A stretch of 29,411 nt of DNA from Chiloscyllium plagiosum (lineage: Eukaryota): contig NC_057718.1 in NCBI RefSeq assembly GCF_004010195.1, forward strand, positions 25,019,199 through 25,048,609, in the 5' to 3' direction. The translations under genes were made by a program, and so were the position numbers. The notes under the pieces are model-generated. The model was not told the origin of the DNA and searched no databases. It saw only the letters and a list, made by a program, of their open reading frames with translations. Positions 24,218-29,411 of the stretch are shown here, in pieces (within the stretch, counting starts at the first letter, position 1; each line of letters begins with the position of its first letter).

Positions 24218-24490
24218 GTAGCAGTCTTGCTTCTGAGCATTGATGCAGGTTCAAATCCCACTTCACGGCTTGTTTCTACTAAATAAAAAGAAGTTCCATT
24301 CAAGGGAAAAGCAGTGTCCTGCTGAAAGTGCTATCTTTCAGATGAAATGCTAAACCAAGGAATTAACTGCCTGTTCAGATTTTTATAAAAGAATTATCTG
24401 AGACAAGAGTAGGGCAATTGATTTGTCCAATACCAACCCCTCAATCAACATCACAATAGCAGATTATCTGGTCATTATCACCTTGTTTAC
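24218..24490 (+). mobile_element. Ancient Deu-domain SINE (SacSINE1-like)
   Basis: B-box ggttcaaatccc. ctcaatcaacatcac...agattatctgg is shared with ~17634-17665. Confidence 0.55.
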
Positions 24491-25576
24491 CACATTCATA
24501 ATGTTAAAATATGTTGGCGGAATGTTTGTATTTATGACACGACTGAAGCATAAATATCACTCATTCATCCTCCCATTTCTTTGTTGAATTTGCAGATTAT
24601 GAAGACAACCAAAATAATTATAATTACCGTTCACAAAAGGACATGAGAAAACATCTGGGAGAAAAGCTTTTAAACTATGGAGGAAGATAAGGATCGTGCA
24701 TCTGCTAGCTCAAAATGGGAAGATGAATGATATAATAAGGGCATTATCCCTATAATTTTTCTTTCTTTCGGTTCTCTCATTTCAATCTGATGTTTGACGG
24801 AAAATTTCTCACTTCTGGAACATAGATGACATTAGACTTGGAATAGGGTTGTTCTATATAAGCTACACTTTTTAGAGTCATATTAAAGAAAATAGGAACC
24901 CTATTTGCTCATACAGATTTGTTTCCATGTGAATGCTCAAAGTGTACGTGTGTCTGTGTAGAAACTACATCTCAAAGCCAGAAGAATCACACAATACAGA
25001 TCAAGTGAATGTGAATTTGAAATTATGTATGGTCTCATGAGCTACCAATGGAAATATTACTTAATCTAAATCTAGGCAAGCTCACGAAGCCTACTTCTAT
25101 TTGCCACTCAGAAACATCTCCCAGTAAAATAGAATTACAGGCTGCAGTTTCTTTCGCGAGAGACAAATCAAAAAAATAAATTGTGTTCTTCAGTATCTTA
25201 TGTATTTGATTCATGTATCCAGATATCGGGTGAGGCAAGATTTTAAAATCAATCCTAACATTTTTATACATCATAGTGAAATCATAGAATGCTGAGTATT
25301 GTGAACCTAACAGATAGCTAAAGGGTTACTGAAACCATTTCTGCTGTCAGTTTCTATGAGGAGAATCAACCAATCGGAATCACCTCTCTAATCTAATTGA
25401 AAATGCAAACCAAATTTTATGCATCTACAAATTAGTTTTGGAGTGATATATTTTATATGATATAAATAACTCAAAGATAACAAACAAAAACATTAATTCA
25501 AGCTTTATTTTATAAACAAACTTAATAAAAATGATTTCAGAATCAGTCACTATAATTAGTCAACGAAAAAAACTGC

Positions 25577-25702
25577 AAGAACTGCAGTTGCTGGAAATCT
25601 GAAACAAAAGCAGACATTGCTGGAAAATCTCAGCAGGTCTGGCAGGATCTGTGGGGAGAAATTAGAGTTAACATTTCAGGACCAATGACCCATCTTCACA
25701 AG
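25577..25702 (-). mobile_element. Older Penelope-derived element, target of the 25703 insertion
   Basis: aagaactgcagttgctggaaatctgaaacaaaagcagacattgctggaaaatctcagcaggtctggcag matches 26701-26774. Confidence 0.6.
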
Positions 25703-25905
25703 GTTGAGTGTGTTGCTGGAAAAGCACAGCAGGTCAGGCAGCATCCGAGGAGTAGGAAAATCGACGTTTTGGGCGGGAGATTCCTGATGAAGGGCTCCGG
25801 CCAGAAATGTCGATTTCCTGCTCCTCGGATACTGCCTGACCTGCTGTGCTTTTCTAGCAACACTCTCTCAACTCTGATCTCCAGCATCTGCAGATCTCAC
25901 TGTCT
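25703..25905. mobile_element. Fold-back Penelope-derived element with 13-bp TSD and central hammerhead-like motif
   Basis: Perfect TSD ccatcttcacaag (25690-25702, 25906-25918). Inverted arms ~25703-25779 and ~25795-25872. Confidence 0.85.
25780..25817 (+). ncRNA. Degenerate minimal type I hammerhead ribozyme motif
   Basis: CTGATGA (25784-25790), A, stem II gGGC-TCCG-GCCa, GAAAT, GTC (25809-25811). The outer stem II pair is mismatched and GAAAC has become GAAAT. Confidence 0.5.
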
Positions 25906-25929
25906 CCATCTTCACAAGTGCTCTGAATG

Positions 25930-26231
25930 TGTTAAGACTAGGTGACATTTTTTTAAGGTGAGAGGAGAAAGATTTTAAAAAGACATGCAATGTGATTATT
26001 TTTACAGAGTATTTGGTGTGTGGAATGAAATTCCAGAGGAAGTGGTGGATGCAGGTCCAGTTGCAATGTTTAAAAGACATTTGGATAAGTTACATGAATA
26101 CAAAAGGTTTGGAGGAATATGGGCCAAGCACTGGCAGGTGGGATGAGTTTAGTTTGGGATGGTGGTCAGCAGGGCTGTTTGGACTGAAGGGTCTGTTTCT
26201 GTGCCATATTACATTGTGACTTTATGACTCT
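25930..26231 (+). mobile_element. CR1-type LINE 3' end
   Basis: ttaaggtgagaggagaaagattttaaa...tttaaaagacatttggat...gaagggtctgtttctgtg...gtgactttatgactct. Confidence 0.75.
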
Positions 26232-26300
26232 TCCTTCAATGATACCTCATCAATGCCTCCCCAGTCCAGAGCAATGAGTATTCTACTTCATGTGCATATA

Positions 26301-26640
26301 CAGTAGCGCCTCGGCATACGAACGACCCCGTTCACAAACAAATGAACAGATTAATATCTGATTATGAACAGGATTGTATGTAAAATTTTGCTTCAACGTA
26401 TGTACGAAATTCAAGGTACGACCGAAAATACGAACGCAAAAAGCCCGCGTGCGACCACGTGGTTTCATTGTTCTGCTTTGCTACGCGCTTGTTGAACGCA
26501 AAAGCTCTCGGGCCCCGCGTGATCTCATTCAGTTCGTCTTTGGCGCGTACGGTGTGAACAGCGTTCGTTGCTACGTCCAAGCATTCTTACGCTATCCGAA
26601 CAATGGGAAAAATCGATTCAGTTCGCGAACTTTTCGGTGT
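26301..26640. mobile_element. One end of a pogo/Tigger-like (Tc1/mariner superfamily) DNA transposon, CpG-rich
   Basis: TA (26299-26300) followed by CAGTAGCGCCTCGGCATACGAAC, which resembles Tigger-type TIRs. Recurrent tacgaa/ttcg motifs and about 34 CpGs in 340 bp by hand count. No second TIR found. Confidence 0.55.
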
Positions 26641-26690
26641 ACAGTAGTTTTATTTATCAGTATCAGGGTGTATGTTGGGACCTATGCTGG

Positions 26691-26866
26691 CAAAAACCGA
26701 AAGAACTACGGATTCTGTAAACTAGAAACAAAAACAAAAGTTGCTGGAAAAGCTCAGCAGGTCTGGCAGCATCTCAGAGGAAGGGTCCCTGGACCTGAAA
26801 TTTGATTTCTCTTCACAGACACTGGCAGACTTGCTGAGCTTTTGCAGCAAATTCCGTTTTTGTTTC
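26691..26866. mobile_element. Fold-back Penelope-derived element (second subfamily) with TSD
   Basis: TSD ggacctatgctgg (26678-26690) / ggaccaacgctgg (26867-26879). Arms ~26725-26774 and ~26817-26866. The centre reads CAGAGGA-A-GGGTC-CCTG-GACCT-GAAA (26775-26800). Confidence 0.75.
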
Positions 26867-27159
26867 GGACCAACGCTGGACAATTCAGATTATATTAATA
26901 GAGTTGTATTTTCAATGTTAATAGTGGAAAACGGGTTCACTTGTTGAAGATTTAAATTAATATCTGATTATATTATTCAGAGTAAGCTGTCATAATTGTA
27001 CAGCACTGATTTAGCACAGAAACTGCTCAAGATTGCATAAATATTTTGAATTATTCACTTATTATAATTTATGCAAATTATAATGAAATTCATACAGCAC
27101 CATCGCCTTAGACATTTCAGCAACATCATGCCGATTTCAGCTTTTTTTTTACTAAGCTA

Positions 27160-27330
27160 TATGGTTAATGACAGCTTTCATAAATCACGTGACAGTAATG
27201 CTGAATAATTTAAAAATATTAATGACTGTCTTCAATGGCTCTTAAATCTGTAGTGAATGGCGTACATCTAAGCAAAATAATCATGTTAATGGCATAATCA
27301 CAGCTAATCAATTTCATTTGATTAGTTCTG
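27160..27330. promoter_or_regulatory. Candidate enhancer / conserved non-coding element (Pbx-Hox and Meis motifs)
   Basis: TGACAG 27169-27174, TGATTTATGA on the minus strand 27178-27187, CACGTG 27186-27191, TGACAG 27190-27195 and several TAAT cores, in sequence with no recognised repeat. Confidence 0.4.
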
Positions 27331-27539
27331 TCTCTGTCTCATCATAGCATGCCATTACAGAACCAGTATCCAGCAAAGATATATTGGTACTTCATGTGCA
27401 GTTGTACCATTTTTCAGATGACACATTAGGCTATGACCCTCATGAGTAACCACACAAGATCTCAGAGCATTACTCAGACTAATAGGAGGGCATGGGAATT
27501 CTCTCAGTGTTTTGGATAGTATTTACCTCTCAAAGTGTT

Positions 27540-27600
27540 TCACTTCAAAATTACTTCATTGGCTATCAAACACTTTGGGATGTTGTCAGTCAGTTAAAAA
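27540..27600 (+). mobile_element. Deu-SINE-type 3' tail fragment
   Basis: cacttcaaaattacttcattggctatcaaacactttgggatg matches the tail at ~17740-17785. Confidence 0.5.
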
Positions 27601-28639
27601 TAATTATGTCCATAAAGTTCATCCTTAAAAATATTAATACATATTTCAAAATGAAATATCACTATTCCAGAATGTTTTGCGCAATTACACACAACCTCAT
27701 AAAAGCATTCCTATATTGTTAACCATTGTTACTGCACTGCGTTGTCAGGTGTCTTTCCTTTGCAATCAACTGTGAAAAACACCCCTATGAGGGAATGTAT
27801 AATGACTTAGTCACGTGTAGTTATTCCTACTTTGAAAACTAGATGCCAATACTAAGTGAATTAATTTTACTCACTCACTCTGAGACCCTGCTATTGTTAA
27901 TGAAAATTCATATTAGTTAAAGCTATCATACTCTGTAAGAGCAGTGAGAAAAGCTGAATATATAACATTTCACCAGTGTAATACAGAATATAGGAGCTTC
28001 AGTATGAGTTATTAGAATGTGGGAGGATGCTGGTTCATACCCATTATTTTCTTCCAGAAAAAGTGACTCCATGCATCAAAATGGGTCTGATGATATCCCT
28101 AATCCAAAAGACATCTACACACGTGGCATCGACATCATTGTCAGCAATCATTCGCTAACAAGTATGGATTGTCTACCTAGGGAAGCCTGAGTCAAACACA
28201 TACATATATACAGTGTTTAATGGGTGTGTTTCGAATGCACTGCATGGAATGTGTGCATTTCTGTTTTAACTGGAGCCAATATATCTGGATACTTAAGGTG
28301 TATTAAACACTTTTTCAGAGAGGCAGAGGTTCACTGTCTGCATTATATCCACTTCGATACAAGGCACTGTTGACCCAATGTCAGGAACAAGACAGCTCTG
28401 AAGCAGTCAAAACAAGCAAAAATATTTCTTTCTAAAACAGAGTCACAGGTTGCCTTGTTTCACTCTCGGGCTTGTGGTTGCATTGCAGCGTTATTCCTGT
28501 CTCTATTTCTGTGCACAATCGGAGCTAACTTTATGCTGAGTGAATGCTCAAGTATTTATTCCAAACAGCCGCAAGTTGCAATGTGATTATAAGGGCAGCA
28601 CCATCTTTATACCTGGCAGCTGCTTTGCAGTCACTGTAA

Positions 28640-28850
28640 CTTGGAGATAGTGTGGATTGCAGATGCTGGCAGGTCAGAGTTGATAAAGTGTGGAGCTGGA
28701 AAAAGCACAGCAGGCCAAACAGCATCAGAGGAGCGGGAGGGTCAACGTTTCAGGTCAGAACATTTCATCAGACCTGAAATGTTGACTTCCCTGCTCCTTT
28801 GATGCTGCTTGACTTGCTGTGCTTTTCCCAGATCCACATTTTATTGATTC
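28640..28850. mobile_element. Fold-back Penelope-derived element with 15-bp TSD
   Basis: TSD ttgcagtcactgtaa (28625-28639) / ttgcagtcattgtaa (28851-28865). Arms ~28677-28756 and ~28771-28850. Confidence 0.85.
28741..28775 (-). ncRNA. Minimal hammerhead ribozyme-like core
   Basis: Minus strand 28771-28741 reads CTGATGA-A-ATGT-TCTG-ACCT-GAAAC-GTT-GAC. Both core boxes are intact, stem II has one mismatch, stem III is the palindromic ACGT type and stem I is weak. Confidence 0.5.
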
Positions 28851-28974
28851 TTGCAGTCATTGTAAACCTCCTTACGTACATGCACAGTTGCTGCCCCAAC
28901 TGTGGTGGCATTGAGAACAGCTCTGCTATTTTCTTTGTAGTGACATTCCTTCTGCACAGAGAACCCTAGTCTTT

Positions 28975-29237
28975 GGAAGTGGAGAACAGTCTTGTCCCTG
29001 AATCACAAGACTCCAGGTTCAAGTACCACTCTGAGATGGGAGGATAAATATCAAGGCTGACAATCCAATGCAATGCAAAGGGAGGGCTGCTCTGGTGAGC
29101 ATACTTTTGGATAAGACATAAAACTGAGGCTACATCTGTCCTCTCAGTTGGATGCAAAAGATACCATGCAGAATGGTAGGAAAATTATCCCCAGGGTCCT
29201 GGTCAGAAATATTCCTGCCTCAACCAAAATTATAAAT
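28975..29237 (+). mobile_element. Ancient Deu-domain SINE (SacSINE1-like), 3' part interrupted
   Basis: B-box-like ggttcaagtacc. Body aggctgacaatccaatgca...ctctcagttggatgcaaaagataccatg...gtcctggtca...ctcaaccaaaat. Confidence 0.55.
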
Positions 29238-29411
29238 AAGATATGTACTTCTTGTCAGATGTGGGAGTTTAAAGAGAGTTTAAGGGTTACTACAGATTAT
29301 ATCTGCCATAAATGCTGTTGGATGCGAATCTTATCAGATCGAATGGATCGGTTGGAGAGACAGATAGGAGCGATGAGGAATTTGCAACAGCAACAGTATG
29401 TGATGGATGGC
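29238..29411 (+). mobile_element. CR1 ORF1 N-terminal region (CxxC...CxxC zinc finger and coiled coil), runs off the window
   Basis: Open frame of 58 codons: KICTSCQMWEFKESLRVTTDYICHKCCWMRILSDRMDRLERQIGAMRNLQQQQYVMDG, consistent with the zinc finger/leucine zipper of vertebrate CR1 ORF1. Confidence 0.7.

Noticed and set aside
24596..24690. Possible terminal exon after tttgcag (YEDNQNNYNYRSQKDMRKHLGEKLLNYGGR*)
   Set aside because: Short, unrecognised peptide at a length expected by chance.
26374..26805. 143-aa ORF and overlapping minus-strand ORFs
   Set aside because: It crosses from the transposon end into a Penelope-derived repeat, has no transposase or other recognisable motif, and is explained by low stop-codon density.
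28058..28161. Possible plus-strand exon (ttttcttccag|...|gtatgg; KSDSMHQNGSDDIPNPKDIYTRGIDIIVSNHSLT)
   Set aside because: Splice signals are plausible, but I do not recognise the peptide and no partner exons are evident. It needs RNA-seq or homology support.

Overview
This is eukaryotic, AT-rich, CpG-depleted, repeat-dense DNA that looks intronic or intergenic. The repeat set (CR1 LINEs, HE1/V-SINE-like and Deu/SacSINE1-like SINEs, short Penelope-type elements) points to a cartilaginous fish, probably a shark; this is inferred from recalled repeat families, not from a search. I recognise no host protein-coding gene, and most ORFs in the track are chance ORFs or decayed retroelement frames. 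Two large nested retroelement stacks dominate (about 1351-7995 and 20105-24017), and an uninterrupted CR1 ORF1 N-terminus runs off the right edge. The most interesting signals are: (1) short, mostly fold-back Penelope-derived insertions with 13-15 bp TSDs whose turn-around or truncation points lie at a minimal hammerhead-ribozyme motif; (2) one such insertion carrying a perfect 39-bp inverted copy of its own flank; (3) a 50-bp CR1 RT snippet between perfect 63-bp direct repeats; (4) an unusually CpG-rich pogo/Tigger-like transposon end; (5) a Pbx-Hox/Meis motif cluster resembling a conserved enhancer. None of these is evidence of a wholly new system. Element boundaries were set by eye and are approximate except where a TSD defines them.
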